Positions 8,739-19,608 of a stretch of DNA of 64,000 bases are shown here, one piece after another (positions within the stretch are counted from its first letter, which is position 1; every line of letters starts with the position of its first letter). Origin of the DNA: an uncultured Candidatus Bathyarchaeia archaeon (lineage in GTDB: Archaea; Thermoproteota; CALKCG01; B24; JAWCPE01); assembly GCA_964396445.1 (NCBI GenBank), contig CAYNFI010000001.1, positions 30,971-94,970 on the forward strand. Direction: 5' to 3'. A program made the translations under genes and the position numbers. Under the pieces are notes generated by a model that was given only the letters and a program-made list of their open reading frames with translations, ran no database searches and was not told the DNA's origin.

Positions 8739-9761
8739 TTGTCGAAACCAAGGATCTTATACACACCAATTCCCGAGCATACAGGCAAGGTCTTTAGTGG
8801 AGAGACTTTTAAACAATTGCTTGAAACCTTCGATGTTACACTAAACGAGAACGGAGTGAACTATACCATCTCTCAGGTTGCATATAAAATTAGGGGATAT
8901 GATGGACTGATTACGGGTTGGGGGGCAGCACCGTTAACCGAAGAAGTGTTCAAAAACGCGGATAGACTCAGGATCATAACTCACTCCGCAGGATCGGTGA
9001 AATATATGCTCTCTAGGGAAGTTTTCGAAAGGTACATCGTACCGAAGGGTATATGCGTCTTCAGCGCCCGTGAATCCATCGCCTATAACGTAGCCGAATC
9101 TACGATAGGCTACCTTATAATGGGCTGCAGAAGGTTCATTGACCACGCCTTAGCTTTCAGGGAGCACGGCATCTGGCGTGACCCACGGGTTCAGGTAAAT
9201 GGGCAGTTCCTCATGGGTAGCATAGTCGGCGTCATAGGGGCTAGCAAGGTCGGGCGTGAAGTTATCAGGTTGTTAAAAACCTTCGATGTAAGGATTTTAT
9301 TATACGACCCGTATGTATCAGAGTCTGAGGCTGAGAGGCTCGGAGTTGAAAAAAACGAACTAAACGTTCTATTATCGAGAGCTGACTTCGTTACTTTGCA
9401 CGCGCCTCTTACACCTGAAACTTATAGGATGATTGGGGAGAAAGAGCTTAAGCTCATAAAAGACGGAGCGCTCCTCGTAAACACCTCACGGGGAGGAGTG
9501 ATCGACTATAAAGCCCTAATCCAAGAATGTACATCAAGTAGGATATACGTGGTATTAGATGTGACTGACCCCGAACCCTTACCCGCAGATAGCCCCCTCA
9601 GACATCTATCAAATGTGATCATCACCCCTCACATATCTGGGGCGGGTTACTATGGATACTTCAGGATAGGCGCGTCCACGTTAAAAGCGCTTCAAGACTT
9701 CTTTGCTGGAAAACCCGTCGAAGGCGCGGTTAAACTTGAAGAGTACGATATAATGGCTTAA
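8739..9761 (+). CDS. D-isomer-specific 2-hydroxyacid dehydrogenase (glyoxylate/hydroxypyruvate-reductase-like)
   Basis: TTG start; NAD-binding motif GVIGASKVGREV; conserved catalytic region ...ITPHISGAG. Confidence 0.85.
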   Translation: MSKPRILYTPIPEHTGKVFSGETFKQLLETFDVTLNENGVNYTISQVAYKIRGYDGLITGWGAAPLTEEVFKNADRLRIITHSAGSVKYMLSREVFERYIVPKGICVFSARESIAYNVAESTIGYLIMGCRRFIDHALAFREHGIWRDPRVQVNGQFLMGSIVGVIGASKVGREVIRLLKTFDVRILLYDPYVSESEAERLGVEKNELNVLLSRADFVTLHAPLTPETYRMIGEKELKLIKDGALLVNTSRGGVIDYKALIQECTSSRIYVVLDVTDPEPLPADSPLRHLSNVIITPHISGAGYYGYFRIGASTLKALQDFFAGKPVEGAVKLEEYDIMA

Positions 9762-9859
9762 GAGCTATAGAAACTGTCTACATTCAGCAACGGCGTATAT
9801 AATTCACGTAAAAGGCGGGCTAAAATGGAAGGGAGATGAAAAAAGAGGGATGAGGTATT

Positions 9860-10825
9860 TTACCACCACGGCCGTACCTCTGGCGGCTCAACTTGAAGTA
9901 ACGGCTTCAAGTACTGAATTGCTTGGCGTACACCTGAGTCTCGGCTCATAGTTGGGTCTTCATGCTCCACGGACATGACGTAGTTGTAGCCTATTTCAAG
10001 GAAGGCTGTGACTATTCGCCTCCACGGGATCTGTCCCCAGCCTATAGTTCTGAACCTTACAGGTCTTGCGATGCGTGACCAGCCTCCTGTTGCGAGGACA
10101 CCTGTTCTTGAAACGGAGTGGGGAACGCATTCAACATCCTTTGCATGTACATGGAATATGCGGTCGCGGAGCTCGTATATGAATAGGGCTGGGTCCATCT
10201 GTTGCCAGAGAAGGTGGCTGGGGTCGTAGTTGAATCCTGCTGAAGGATGGTTTTCAACAACTTCCAGCAACTTCTTCGCGGTCTCCAAGTTGTAGTTCAT
10301 CTCCTGTGGGTGGGTTTCATACGCGACCTTAACACCGTGAGCCTTTGCATGGTCGAGGATGGGAAGCCACCGCTCCTTGTAGACCTGCCAATAGCTTTCC
10401 CAGATCTTTTCATGAGCTGGGGGAAAGATGAACCACTTACCCCATTCAGGGCAGCCTGTGAAGCCGTTTACGACGGGAACCTCTAGGGCAGCCGCGGCTT
10501 CAATGGTCTTCTTCATCCGCTCTATTCCATACTGTACCTTCTCCTCAGGTGTGCCTTTAAACCAATCATCTGTGCTCTGGTCCAGCGGCCCCAGAATAAG
10601 CTGGCTTTCCAAGTGATTGCTCAAGGAAGAGATGATGAGCCTACGCTTCTCCACATTTTTCTTAAACTTTCCAGCCCCGCCTTTAAGGATAGCCTCTATA
10701 TCAATATGGGTGCTTCCTTTCCAAGCTGCGAGTTCCACGGCTTCATAGCCCAGCCTTGAAACGAAGTCTAAAACATCGTTGAAGGGTTTATCGTTGAATA
10801 GCACGGTGAGAATTCCAACCTTCAT
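9860..10825 (-). CDS. Sugar phosphate isomerase/epimerase (xylose-isomerase-like TIM barrel)
   Basis: 321 aa; from memory its His/Asp/Glu pattern fits the AP-endonuclease-2 / xylose-isomerase-like TIM-barrel family. Confidence 0.75.
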   Translation of the reverse strand: MKVGILTVLFNDKPFNDVLDFVSRLGYEAVELAAWKGSTHIDIEAILKGGAGKFKKNVEKRRLIISSLSNHLESQLILGPLDQSTDDWFKGTPEEKVQYGIERMKKTIEAAAALEVPVVNGFTGCPEWGKWFIFPPAHEKIWESYWQVYKERWLPILDHAKAHGVKVAYETHPQEMNYNLETAKKLLEVVENHPSAGFNYDPSHLLWQQMDPALFIYELRDRIFHVHAKDVECVPHSVSRTGVLATGGWSRIARPVRFRTIGWGQIPWRRIVTAFLEIGYNYVMSVEHEDPTMSRDSGVRQAIQYLKPLLQVEPPEVRPWW

Positions 10826-10995
10826 TCTCAGTCACCAATACCTTTTAAACCTGCGGTGATCTAAGACTTCTAAGGAGACTATTTAAGGTTGATCGTCATT
10901 AGGGAAGATCAAAGTTGCTGTTAACTACTTCTAAGTCATTAAGGATCATGGTAAATCTTCATATTCACCAACCCTCTTATAAAGTGGGGCTGTCT

Positions 10996-11964
10996 ATGGA
11001 GGTTAGGAAGGTTCAAGAAAGTGCTGGGACCTTATTCATATCCCTACCGAAAAACTGGGTAGTTAGGAACAACGTTTCGAAGGGCGCGCGTCTAACCGTG
11101 ATCGAGCGTGGTGATGGAAGCCTAACGGTTACACCAGGTTACAAAATAGGGAAGGTGACTCAAACGGCTTCTGTTCAGCTTTCACCCTTTCTTGAACGGG
11201 AGATCACAAGTAAATACTGGCTTGGCTACGATGTGATCACCGTTGAATCCAAGGAGCGTTTAAGGCTTGAAGACCTTGAAAGGATTAAGGCGGTTGTAAG
11301 GAGGCTTATAGGCTTAGAGATTGTTGAGGAAGACGCTAGAACGGTTCAGCTACAATGCCTCCTCGAACCATCAGCCTTTCCTCCAGAGAAGATCCTTCGT
11401 AGGGAGTACCTGCTCGTGGCCAGTATGCAGAGGGATTTAGTTACATGCCTACTCGAAGTAGACCCCCACCTCGCCGAGACGATCATTGAAAGAGACGATG
11501 AAGTTGACCGTCTATATTTCCTACTCGTCCGTGTGTTAAGAACCTTGATCCAGCATCCTGCCCTCAGCGAGGAACTCCATTTCTCCCCCATAAACTGCCT
11601 GGACTACAGGCTTGTCGCCAGCTTCGTTGAATCCATAGCCGACCAGCTGGTTACAATAACCCAGCACCTACTACCTAGATTATCAACCATACCAGAGAAT
11701 GTAAGAATAGAGTTTAAGGAAACATTCCCAGCCGTCCTCAAATTACATGAAGACGCCATCCACGCCTTCTTATCGAAAGACTATAAACTAGCTAACAACG
11801 TGAGGGAGTTAAGGGGTTCGATATTAAGGAGGGTAAAGGATACGGAGATACGTATCGCGCAACTTCCACTTGAGGAATTCATATACCTCGCAACGGTCTT
11901 ATCCGCTCTAACTAAAACCGTGGATTACAGTGTCGACATAGCCGACATGGTTATCCCAAGTTGA
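10996..11964 (+). CDS. AbrB/SpoVT-PhoU two-domain putative regulator (phosphate-uptake-regulator-like)
   Basis: N-terminal swapped-hairpin segment GTLFISLPKNWVVRNNVSKGARLTVIERGDGSLTVTP, then two PhoU-like helical repeats; ATG at 10996. Confidence 0.7.
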   Translation: MEVRKVQESAGTLFISLPKNWVVRNNVSKGARLTVIERGDGSLTVTPGYKIGKVTQTASVQLSPFLEREITSKYWLGYDVITVESKERLRLEDLERIKAVVRRLIGLEIVEEDARTVQLQCLLEPSAFPPEKILRREYLLVASMQRDLVTCLLEVDPHLAETIIERDDEVDRLYFLLVRVLRTLIQHPALSEELHFSPINCLDYRLVASFVESIADQLVTITQHLLPRLSTIPENVRIEFKETFPAVLKLHEDAIHAFLSKDYKLANNVRELRGSILRRVKDTEIRIAQLPLEEFIYLATVLSALTKTVDYSVDIADMVIPS

Positions 11965-12183
11965 TGGAACACTCTCTCAAACCGAAAGAGTAAAGAGTAT
12001 CTTACCCTTACAAGGTTGAGGATTAGACCATAAAGGCTTATATGTGAAACGCTTAATAAGGGTCGTCACATGAAGGTTGAAATCTACTATTATACCGTTA
12101 CAGCTTGAAAAGTTAAAACGCGGGTTTGTAAACAAAGCTTATAAGGTTTAAACCTTCATGAATGAAAGAGGGAGTGAGAAGAC

Positions 12184-12477
12184 ATGGCTAAAGACCAAGC
12201 GATCGGTGCCTGTATGCTCTTAGCCAGCTTAATTGGAATAGTACTCTACTTCTGGCTCGTCTTTATTTCCATCTGGTGGGATATCATCATTAAACTCACC
12301 GCCTTCGCCGCTGTCGGAGGGATCCTCGTCATAATGGCTTGGATAGGTTGGACAATGGCTACAACGCCTCCGCCAAAACCCCTTGAGTTTGAGGAAACCA
12401 AACCTGAAACAGTTGAAACAGTTAAGACCGAGACTCCAACTCCTGAGAAGGAAGAGACGAAAGAGCAGTCACCGTAG
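12184..12477 (+). CDS. Small membrane protein with a Thr/Glu/Pro-rich tail
   Basis: Two hydrophobic helices followed by the low-complexity tail TTPPPKPLEFEETKPETVETVKTETPTPEKEETKEQSP. Confidence 0.5.
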   Translation: MAKDQAIGACMLLASLIGIVLYFWLVFISIWWDIIIKLTAFAAVGGILVIMAWIGWTMATTPPPKPLEFEETKPETVETVKTETPTPEKEETKEQSP

Positions 12478-12606
12478 CTCTAAGGGAAACCTTGTACGGT
12501 ACAGAGGGAAAAAAGTTTTCGTGAAAACCTTTCTCTACACCGCTGAGGAATTAATGTACGAAAGGCTCAAAAGGGGATTAACGGAAATAAGTGTGGAGGG
12601 TTTAGG

Positions 12607-13356
12607 TTGGCGTTCAGGGTTAAGTTAGCTGATGCCACGGATTGGAGGAACATGCTAACAGCTGTTTCCGCTCTCGTGGATGAAGCTGTCTTCAACGCGG
12701 ACTCTGAGGGTGTGAAGGTTAAAGCTATGGACCCAAGCCATGTGGCTTTAGTAGACCTTGAGTGGAAGAGTACAGCCTTCGAGGAATACGTATGCGACAA
12801 ACCTGTAAGCGTGGGCATCAACCTTAGAGAGATGCTTAAACTTCTAAGGCGAACGGGAAGCGATGAGAGCTTAGACTTAAGCTTTGACGAAGAGGCAGCC
12901 AAGCTTGTTCTGAAGCTTTCAGGTAAGTATGTGAGAACATTCAGCATGTCAACTCTTGACTTGGTTGGAGAAGAGATTCCCTCGGTTAAAGTAGCCTTCA
13001 ACGCTAAGGCACGGATTACAACAGCATGCCTCTCAAGAACCGTGGAGGACGCCGCAACTGTCAGCGATAATATAAAGTTTGAAGCCAAAGCTGAAGGGTT
13101 TAACATGAAAGCCTCTGGTGACCTAGGCAGCTTTACCGTAGAACTAAATAAGGAAACGGAAGCCCTTGTAGACCTACAGGTTAAGGAAGAATCTAGTGCT
13201 ACGTACAGCCTCAACTTTCTATCGGAAATCGTGAAAGCAGCTTCCACCACATCTGAAACCGTGTCCATCGAATTTAGCAGTAACATACCTCTCAAACTTG
13301 ACTTTGAACTACTTCAAGGGAAACTCCAGTACCTCATCGCTCCTTACATCGAATAA
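12607..13356 (+). CDS. pcn: DNA polymerase sliding clamp PCNA
   Basis: TTG start; MAFRVKLADATDWRNMLTAVSALVDEAVFNA... is a typical PCNA N-terminus; 249 aa; two-domain beta-alpha pattern. Confidence 0.9.
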   Translation: MAFRVKLADATDWRNMLTAVSALVDEAVFNADSEGVKVKAMDPSHVALVDLEWKSTAFEEYVCDKPVSVGINLREMLKLLRRTGSDESLDLSFDEEAAKLVLKLSGKYVRTFSMSTLDLVGEEIPSVKVAFNAKARITTACLSRTVEDAATVSDNIKFEAKAEGFNMKASGDLGSFTVELNKETEALVDLQVKEESSATYSLNFLSEIVKAASTTSETVSIEFSSNIPLKLDFELLQGKLQYLIAPYIE

Positions 13357-13405
13357 CCCCGTAAAGACCTTCCCCACCGTCAACCCTAGTCCTAACCTCA
13401 CGGTC

Positions 13406-13410
13406 TTTTT
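13406..13410 (+). terminator. Oligo-T tract downstream of pcn (candidate archaeal intrinsic terminator)
   Basis: cggtcTTTTTcc lies 50 nt after the PCNA stop codon. Confidence 0.25.
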
Positions 13411-13455
13411 CCATATAGCTTCAGGGTTGAGAGTAAATCTTAATGGTTGACCGCG

Positions 13456-14391
13456 ATGACTGTAGAAATTTATGAGGTCATCATCCTAGGTGGAGGTGTG
13501 GCTGGATTAACCGCTGGGCTCTACACCGCTCGGGCTGGTTTAAAAACTTTAGCAGTCGATAGGAAAGCACTTGGTGGACGCCTAAATGAGATCCCTGTGA
13601 TCCTGAACTTTCCCGGTTTTCCCGAGGGCATACTAGGCTACGAGCTAAGCCAGAGGATGGTTGCGCACGCCCAAAGGTTTGGGGTTGAGCTTAGGTATCC
13701 TGAGGACGTAGTCGCCATAGAGTTCAAGGGAGAGCAGAAGCTTGTGCGAACACGGACACGTGTCTACCAGAGCGACGCGGTTATCGTGGCTACGGGCACT
13801 CAGAGGAGGAGGCTCCTAGTCCAGGGGGAAGCTGAGTACCTTGGAAGAGGGGTCTCATACTGCGCCGTTTGCGATGCACCCCTTATCAGGGATATGCGTG
13901 TAGCGGTTGTAGGGTATGGAGATGAAGCTGTTGATGACGTGTTGCTCGCATCAGATTTCGCAAACAGCGTTTTCCTCGTGTTCGACAGGGAGGAAATAGA
14001 AGCTGGCAAAGCTCTTAAGCTTAGGGTGAAAACAAACATAACCCTTCTCCCAAACAGTAAGGTTACGATGGTCGAGGGAGACGGTGTTGTGGTTAAAAGT
14101 ATAAGGCTTTTAGACGTAAAAACAGGTACGGAGCGCAGTCTCCCCGTTGAAGGCGTATTCATCGCCCTTGGGGTAGTTCCCATGACGGAGTTAACCAAGA
14201 ACGCTGGGGTTGAGGTTGATGAAAGGGGTTGCATTAAGGTTACTCGGCGTCAACACACTAACATCGAAGGTGTCTATGCGGCTGGGGACTGTACATGCGG
14301 CGGGATGCAGGTTGTCACAGCGGCTGGGGAAGGTGCTGTGGCTGGTATATCGGCGGTGGCGTACGTGAAGAAGCTTAAAAGAAAAATATAG
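13456..14391 (+). CDS. trxB: Thioredoxin reductase (FAD/NAD(P)-binding)
   Basis: FAD-binding motif ILGGGVAGLTAG, redox-active CAVCD, and a second Rossmann motif AVVGYGDEA; ATG at 13456. Confidence 0.85.
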   Translation: MTVEIYEVIILGGGVAGLTAGLYTARAGLKTLAVDRKALGGRLNEIPVILNFPGFPEGILGYELSQRMVAHAQRFGVELRYPEDVVAIEFKGEQKLVRTRTRVYQSDAVIVATGTQRRRLLVQGEAEYLGRGVSYCAVCDAPLIRDMRVAVVGYGDEAVDDVLLASDFANSVFLVFDREEIEAGKALKLRVKTNITLLPNSKVTMVEGDGVVVKSIRLLDVKTGTERSLPVEGVFIALGVVPMTELTKNAGVEVDERGCIKVTRRQHTNIEGVYAAGDCTCGGMQVVTAAGEGAVAGISAVAYVKKLKRKI

Positions 14392-14432
14392 TCTAAGAAT
14401 TCTAAGGTAACCCTGTAGTATCTTCTCTGTTT

Positions 14433-14870
14433 CTACACACCCTTTCGACGCCACATAAGGTCTTCAAGGAGTTTCAGTAATCCAGGTCCAGCTCTTACGA
14501 TGTCCGTGGAAGTAATTATTCCAACGAGTTGTCCCTTTCTTACGACAGGAAGCTTCTTAATCCCCTTATTTGCCATAAGCCTCCCAGCTTCTTCTATACT
14601 AACGTCGTACTCAATCGTGATGACGGGGCTTGACATCACCTGCCTCACGCTGATGGTTTCCGGGTCTAAACCAGGTTCAACGATCCTTCTTAGGATATCC
14701 CTCTCCGTAAGAATTCCTATAGGTTTCTTCACATCCACAACGACAACGGAGCCGATACTGAACTTGTTCATCTTCCCAACCGCTTCCTTAACCGTTGCCT
14801 CAGGCTTCACAGTCTTAACGGCAGGAATCATCACATCCCTAACGAGGAGAATCCCCGTCATAGGCTTCAC
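14433..14870 (-). CDS. CBS-domain pair protein
   Basis: Two CBS repeats (...VKEAVGKMNKFSIGSVVVVD.. and ..IEEAGRLMANKGIKKLPVV..). Confidence 0.75.
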   Translation of the reverse strand: MKPMTGILLVRDVMIPAVKTVKPEATVKEAVGKMNKFSIGSVVVVDVKKPIGILTERDILRRIVEPGLDPETISVRQVMSSPVITIEYDVSIEEAGRLMANKGIKKLPVVRKGQLVGIITSTDIVRAGPGLLKLLEDLMWRRKGV

Positions 14871-15109
14871 CAGCCTACGCTTAAACCACTTGTCTCTTTT
14901 AACACTTCCTAAACTCAGTTTTAAAACTTACTAAACTACTTAAGTTAAGCCTATAAAGCGTTTACTTATTCATAGCCCACTGGGGGAAACCCGAATAGAC
15001 CAGCAGCTAAACCAAATCGCAGATTTATAATGTGATCTATAGTTTATGGGAAAAAAGATATGGTTTAGTCCGTGAACGGGGCCTTATGCCTAGTAAACGC
15101 TGTGGCGGT

Positions 15110-15727
15110 TCATTCGACCTTTATCTCTTCACCCTTAGGCTTCTTCTCTTTGATCTTCGTTAGGACAACCTCTAGAACCCCATTTTTATACGATGATCTA
15201 GCATCTTTTGGATCAACCTTGGCGGGCAACTCGACTTCCTTATAGTATTTACGCTGCGGGGTGTCCACCGAGATTGTTAACACGTCCTCAGTTCCATGGA
15301 GTTTTATATCCGTCTTCTCAACGCCAGGCAACTCAGCGACAACCTTAACCTCTCCATCAGTGGATAGGGCGTCTACAAGGGGTTCACGCTCTTCCTTAAC
15401 GTCGAGGCTTGGGCGTATAAGCCCCCGCGGTGTAGGCTTCAAGGATGGTCTCACGTTGCCGAACTCCCTTATTAACGGTTTACCGTCTGGACCGATAGTC
15501 ATGGAGTAGCCGTAGACGAAGGGCCCCCACTCCTTTACGGTTGAGCCGTCCGGCAGCCTCTTTTCACGGATTAGGTCCTTGGGAACACGTCCTGCAAACT
15601 CTTCGAACTCCTTCCGGAAGAACTCTTCCATTTCTCTCATCAACTCATCAACGTCTTCGAAGAACCAGCTTCTGTATGGATAGCGCCTCTTTCTACTAAA
15701 CCAACCTGGGAACTCTCCTTCTGACAT
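15110..15727 (-). CDS. Small heat shock protein of the Hsp20/alpha-crystallin family
   Basis: C-terminal alpha-crystallin domain (...VKVVAELPGVEKTDIKLHGTEDVLTISV...GVLEVVLTK). Confidence 0.85.
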   Translation of the reverse strand: MSEGEFPGWFSRKRRYPYRSWFFEDVDELMREMEEFFRKEFEEFAGRVPKDLIREKRLPDGSTVKEWGPFVYGYSMTIGPDGKPLIREFGNVRPSLKPTPRGLIRPSLDVKEEREPLVDALSTDGEVKVVAELPGVEKTDIKLHGTEDVLTISVDTPQRKYYKEVELPAKVDPKDARSSYKNGVLEVVLTKIKEKKPKGEEIKVE

Positions 15728-15764
15728 GCAGGTATAACCCCATTAAAAGAATTTTCGAGCAGAT

Positions 15765-15775
15765 ATTTATATATT
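15765..15775 (-). promoter_or_regulatory. Candidate TATA box for hsp20
   Basis: atttatatatt lies about 40 nt upstream of the hsp20 start codon in the divergent hsp20/priL intergenic region. Confidence 0.3.
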
Positions 15776-15875
15776 ATGCTACTTGGTAGTACGGAAGTTT
15801 AAAAACCTTTACCGATTTACTGGAGTTTTTTAAACTATACTACGCTCGAATATAATGGCTTTGGGTCGGCTTATG

Positions 15876-15884
15876 ATTTATATT
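15876..15884 (+). promoter_or_regulatory. Candidate TATA box for priL
   Basis: atttatatt lies 31-39 nt upstream of the TTG start, consistent with a short-leader or leaderless transcript. Confidence 0.3.
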
Positions 15885-15914
15885 CAGGCTCTCCACCCTA
15901 AATTCTAAGTAGAA

Positions 15915-16982
15915 TTGGAAGGGTTTAACAAGGGGGTATCGGTTTCGGCGCTCTCAAGGTCAAACTTGGCTAAGTACCCTTTTACAGGGGAGGCTGCAAA
16001 GTATGTGGGAGCCTTGGGTTTAAACCTAGGGGACTTTGAGAGGTCAGAATACAAGGCGGTTTTAGATAGGGCTGTGGAAAGGGTGAGGGAAGCCATTCTC
16101 AACGGGGTTGTCACCTACAAGGACATCAGCTACGATGTGGAACTCTTATCTTTCCCAGTCGCGGTTGCCTTGGTTAAGGCTTTAGGAGACGCCTTCCTTA
16201 AACGTAGGTACGCTGTGTCAGAGGCGAAGAGGGTTGACAACCTTCTCAGCCAAGAGAATGACATGGGTAGGATAGCTCATATAGCCTTAAGCGCCCTAGA
16301 TTGGAAGGTTGAGGTTTTACCCGCAGCCTCCGGGGAGTTCTACAACTTTTCAATTTTTTTCCCCGAGTACTTAAAGGTAGCCCCTCTGTTTCACGACGAG
16401 AAATGGAAGCTTGTCAACCGCCTTGTAAGAAATGGGAATGTCTACTTGACAAAGGATGAGATGGCGCGTTTAATCGCTGAGGGCGTTCGGATAAAAGTTG
16501 AGAAAAGGGTTGAGGGAAGCCTTGACATAGAGCCACCTCAATTTATTAAGGAGAGGCTTGTTGAGCTTGGGCGGCTTCTCGATGAGCGTAGACCCCATAT
16601 CCACGCGGAAGAGCTTCCATCAATCGTAGTAACCGCTTCCTTCCCACCTTGTGTAAAAACCCTTTACAACGCTCTCCTCTCTGGGAAACACGTATCCCAC
16701 ATCGGGCGTTTCACTCTCACCTCCTTCCTCCTAAACGTCGGGATGAAACCTGAAGACGTGACGAAACTCTTTAAAAGCCTCGCGGATGCCGATGAGAGGA
16801 TGACCCGTTATCAAGTTGAGCACATCGCGGGTAAACGTGGCTCCGGGACAAAGTATACACCTCCTAACTGTGAAACCCTTAAAACACATGGACTCTGCAT
16901 AGAAGGCGGAGCCCTCTGTATGCGTGTAAGGCATCCCCTCACCTACTATAGAAGAAGGGTTAGGGCTACGAGTTCACGATAG
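15915..16982 (+). CDS. priL: DNA primase large subunit PriL
   Basis: TTG start; C-terminal Fe-S cysteines PPCVKTLY ... PPNCETLKTHGLCIEGGALC; 355 aa. Confidence 0.8.
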   Translation: MEGFNKGVSVSALSRSNLAKYPFTGEAAKYVGALGLNLGDFERSEYKAVLDRAVERVREAILNGVVTYKDISYDVELLSFPVAVALVKALGDAFLKRRYAVSEAKRVDNLLSQENDMGRIAHIALSALDWKVEVLPAASGEFYNFSIFFPEYLKVAPLFHDEKWKLVNRLVRNGNVYLTKDEMARLIAEGVRIKVEKRVEGSLDIEPPQFIKERLVELGRLLDERRPHIHAEELPSIVVTASFPPCVKTLYNALLSGKHVSHIGRFTLTSFLLNVGMKPEDVTKLFKSLADADERMTRYQVEHIAGKRGSGTKYTPPNCETLKTHGLCIEGGALCMRVRHPLTYYRRRVRATSSR

Positions 16983-17142
16983 GCAACTCCTTAACCAACC
17001 ACTCTGGAAAACGGTTCCTGTTAATCATATCGGAGGGAGCTTTCTTACCATAGCGTATAAAGTTCATCTCCGTTAGGCAAAATGCTTTTCCTTCAATTTT
17101 CTAAGATTCGCCATCGCAAGTTATTTAGCCGTAGAGCGGAGA

Positions 17143-19380
17143 GTGAAGTTACACGTGTTCTTTAAAAGATTGTGGGGTGGTGAAAATTTGAAAACAAGTA
17201 AAAACCTCAATTCGAGGTGTGTCCGAGAGTTGGACGTAAAAGACGATGGTTATGCTTCTATTATTCTTAGAAAGGACCCTGTTCAAGGAGTGCTCTATCA
17301 ATCTGGGTTAACCTTGTATGATGAAGCGCTTGTGAATGGTCGTTGGGTACCTCGCTACTGGTCAGCCTCCGGTTTTGTTGAACCTGAACGCAATTTGACC
17401 CGCGTGGTGGAGCTAACTCATCTTCCTCCAGCATTCTACCTTGAAGTTGATGGACAATGCTTAAACTTCGGATGGGAACTATGCGAAATGAATGAAAAAG
17501 AATCAGACGACGCTAGAACACGCTTTGCAGTCATCGATTTACGAAGCACAATCCGACCGGTCAACGTTGAGGTAAAGACTTTGGTTGATGGAACGGGTTT
17601 CATATCACGATGGCTCACTATAAAAAACATAGGTGAAAAACCTGCTGCCATAAGCCTTGTCGCACCCCTCTCAGGGCTCTTGATGAGTATACGGAACCCA
17701 GCGGCGGATTGGAGAGACCTTTTATCTGAACGTGATAGCGATCCTTTTTCACTTGGTTATTTCGCTGAACAGGTTTGGGGTAGGGAGGGAACATTTACTT
17801 GGCTGCCTATTCCCAGAACTCCCATAAGAATTGAGAGCCGAACAGGAAAATCCGGGCATGGAAACCCGTTCTTCATCATTAGAAATGAGGCGACGGGAGA
17901 GCATGCTGTAGGAGCAATTGAATGGTCGGGAAACTGGTCCGCGGAGTTCACGATTGATCATCGTGGACCAGGAAACGAGGCACACTTATATTTCAAAGCA
18001 GGTCCAATAAATCCAGGGCCTCTCCGAGTTTTAGCTCCTCATGAAAACGTGGATACCCCTAAGGTGCATCTCGGGTACATTTTTACAGATTTCGATGGTT
18101 GCGTGCAGGCATGGCATAATCACCTTAGAAAAAGTGTTCTAAGCAGGATGCCCGTTGGTCGCGAAGACCTCGTTGTCTACAATCACTGGGGTTACTGTAC
18201 GCATGAAATGACGGAGGAGAAGTTGAAGTTTGAGATAGATGTAGCTGCTGAGATTGGAGCTGAAGTGTTCGTTGTTGACGCAGGTTGGTATGGGGATAAA
18301 GGTACAAACTGGTGGACTACAGTAGGAGACTGGGAATGTGGTAATCGGCTACCTAACGGTCTTGAACCAGTTTTCGCTTATGCCCGAGAGAAAGGACTTT
18401 TAAGCGGATTATGGTTAGATGCCGAAAGAATAGGCTCAGAGTCAAAGATCGTGAAAAAGCATCCTGAGTGGCTTCTGAAGCGGTATGGAAAGGTGACGGG
18501 CCAAGGGGATATCGACCTCACCAGCCCTGAGGCGGCTGAATGGTTTGAGAAACAACTTATAAAGGTGATCGAACGGTTTAAACTCGACCTTTTCCGCTTG
18601 GATTACAATACCATGCCACGGGAAGGAGGGCATATTCCCCGCGACGGTTACATGGAAAATTCGATGTGGCGGTACTACGAAACAGTGTATAATGTATATG
18701 ACAGGATTAAGAGAAGGTTCCCAGATCTTATTCTTGAAAACTGTTCTGGTGGAGGAGGTCGTACAGACCTTGGTATGTTAAGTAGGTTTCATTATACGTG
18801 GATTACGGATTGGCAGATAGCTCCAAGATGCATACGCATACTTAATGGGATGAGCATAGTATTACCGCCTGAACGCATAGACCGCAATGCAGGCGTGGGG
18901 CAAAATGGGCACATACACGGAGATCTGGATTTCCAGATACGGAGCACGATGTTCAGCCATATGACATTAACTGGCATTTATCCAAATATCGCTGAGAGAA
19001 ATCCTACCCATGTGGAAAAGATAAAGCATCATGTGAAAATTTATAAGGACTTCATACGACCACTCCTCTCGAAATGCCGCGTCTACCATCATACCCCGAT
19101 TCTTAAAGGAGAGGAACCTAAACACTGGTGCGTACTTGAGTACGTATCCGAGGATTCCTCCCGCGCCGTCGTAGGGCTCTTCCGCCTCGATGGTACTGCA
19201 GCACCTGAATACAACCTTCACCTCCACGGCGTAGACCGTAGTAAAACTTACGAAGTAATATTTGATAACACAGGCCAAAAAGTTAAATTGGAAGGTGAAA
19301 AACTGGCAACACAAGGCATTCTTATACGTTTAGAAAGGGCACTGAGTTCAGAAATTTTGCTCTTAGAAGAGATAAGTTAG
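17143..19380 (+). CDS. GH36-family alpha-galactosidase
   Basis: GH36 signature ENCSGGGGR, the WLLKRYGK and LDYN catalytic-region motifs, 745 aa, no signal peptide. Confidence 0.85.
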   Translation: MKLHVFFKRLWGGENLKTSKNLNSRCVRELDVKDDGYASIILRKDPVQGVLYQSGLTLYDEALVNGRWVPRYWSASGFVEPERNLTRVVELTHLPPAFYLEVDGQCLNFGWELCEMNEKESDDARTRFAVIDLRSTIRPVNVEVKTLVDGTGFISRWLTIKNIGEKPAAISLVAPLSGLLMSIRNPAADWRDLLSERDSDPFSLGYFAEQVWGREGTFTWLPIPRTPIRIESRTGKSGHGNPFFIIRNEATGEHAVGAIEWSGNWSAEFTIDHRGPGNEAHLYFKAGPINPGPLRVLAPHENVDTPKVHLGYIFTDFDGCVQAWHNHLRKSVLSRMPVGREDLVVYNHWGYCTHEMTEEKLKFEIDVAAEIGAEVFVVDAGWYGDKGTNWWTTVGDWECGNRLPNGLEPVFAYAREKGLLSGLWLDAERIGSESKIVKKHPEWLLKRYGKVTGQGDIDLTSPEAAEWFEKQLIKVIERFKLDLFRLDYNTMPREGGHIPRDGYMENSMWRYYETVYNVYDRIKRRFPDLILENCSGGGGRTDLGMLSRFHYTWITDWQIAPRCIRILNGMSIVLPPERIDRNAGVGQNGHIHGDLDFQIRSTMFSHMTLTGIYPNIAERNPTHVEKIKHHVKIYKDFIRPLLSKCRVYHHTPILKGEEPKHWCVLEYVSEDSSRAVVGLFRLDGTAAPEYNLHLHGVDRSKTYEVIFDNTGQKVKLEGEKLATQGILIRLERALSSEILLLEEIS

Positions 19381-19608
19381 GCGCATCTACGTTAAAGTTG
19401 AACAGTGTGTCTTTCCTACTCTTTAACTCCTTCAGCTAAGACTTCAACCATTTTACACGTGTTCCCGCCACGGGAATACTAGGCTACTAAGACTTAGGCT
19501 ACTGATTCACCACTTCACCGCATTCCCCGTACACACATTATGATGGTAATCACTTAACTTCTCAAACTCTAGACGCGGAAACACGAGGGTTTAGTCCTTG
19601 TGCTTTCA

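Noticed and set aside
12383-13295. ORFs 12383-12628 (+) and 12567-13295 (-) around pcn
   Set aside because: The first is an out-of-frame overlap rich in Arg/Lys from the preceding gene's low-complexity tail. The second is antisense to PCNA.
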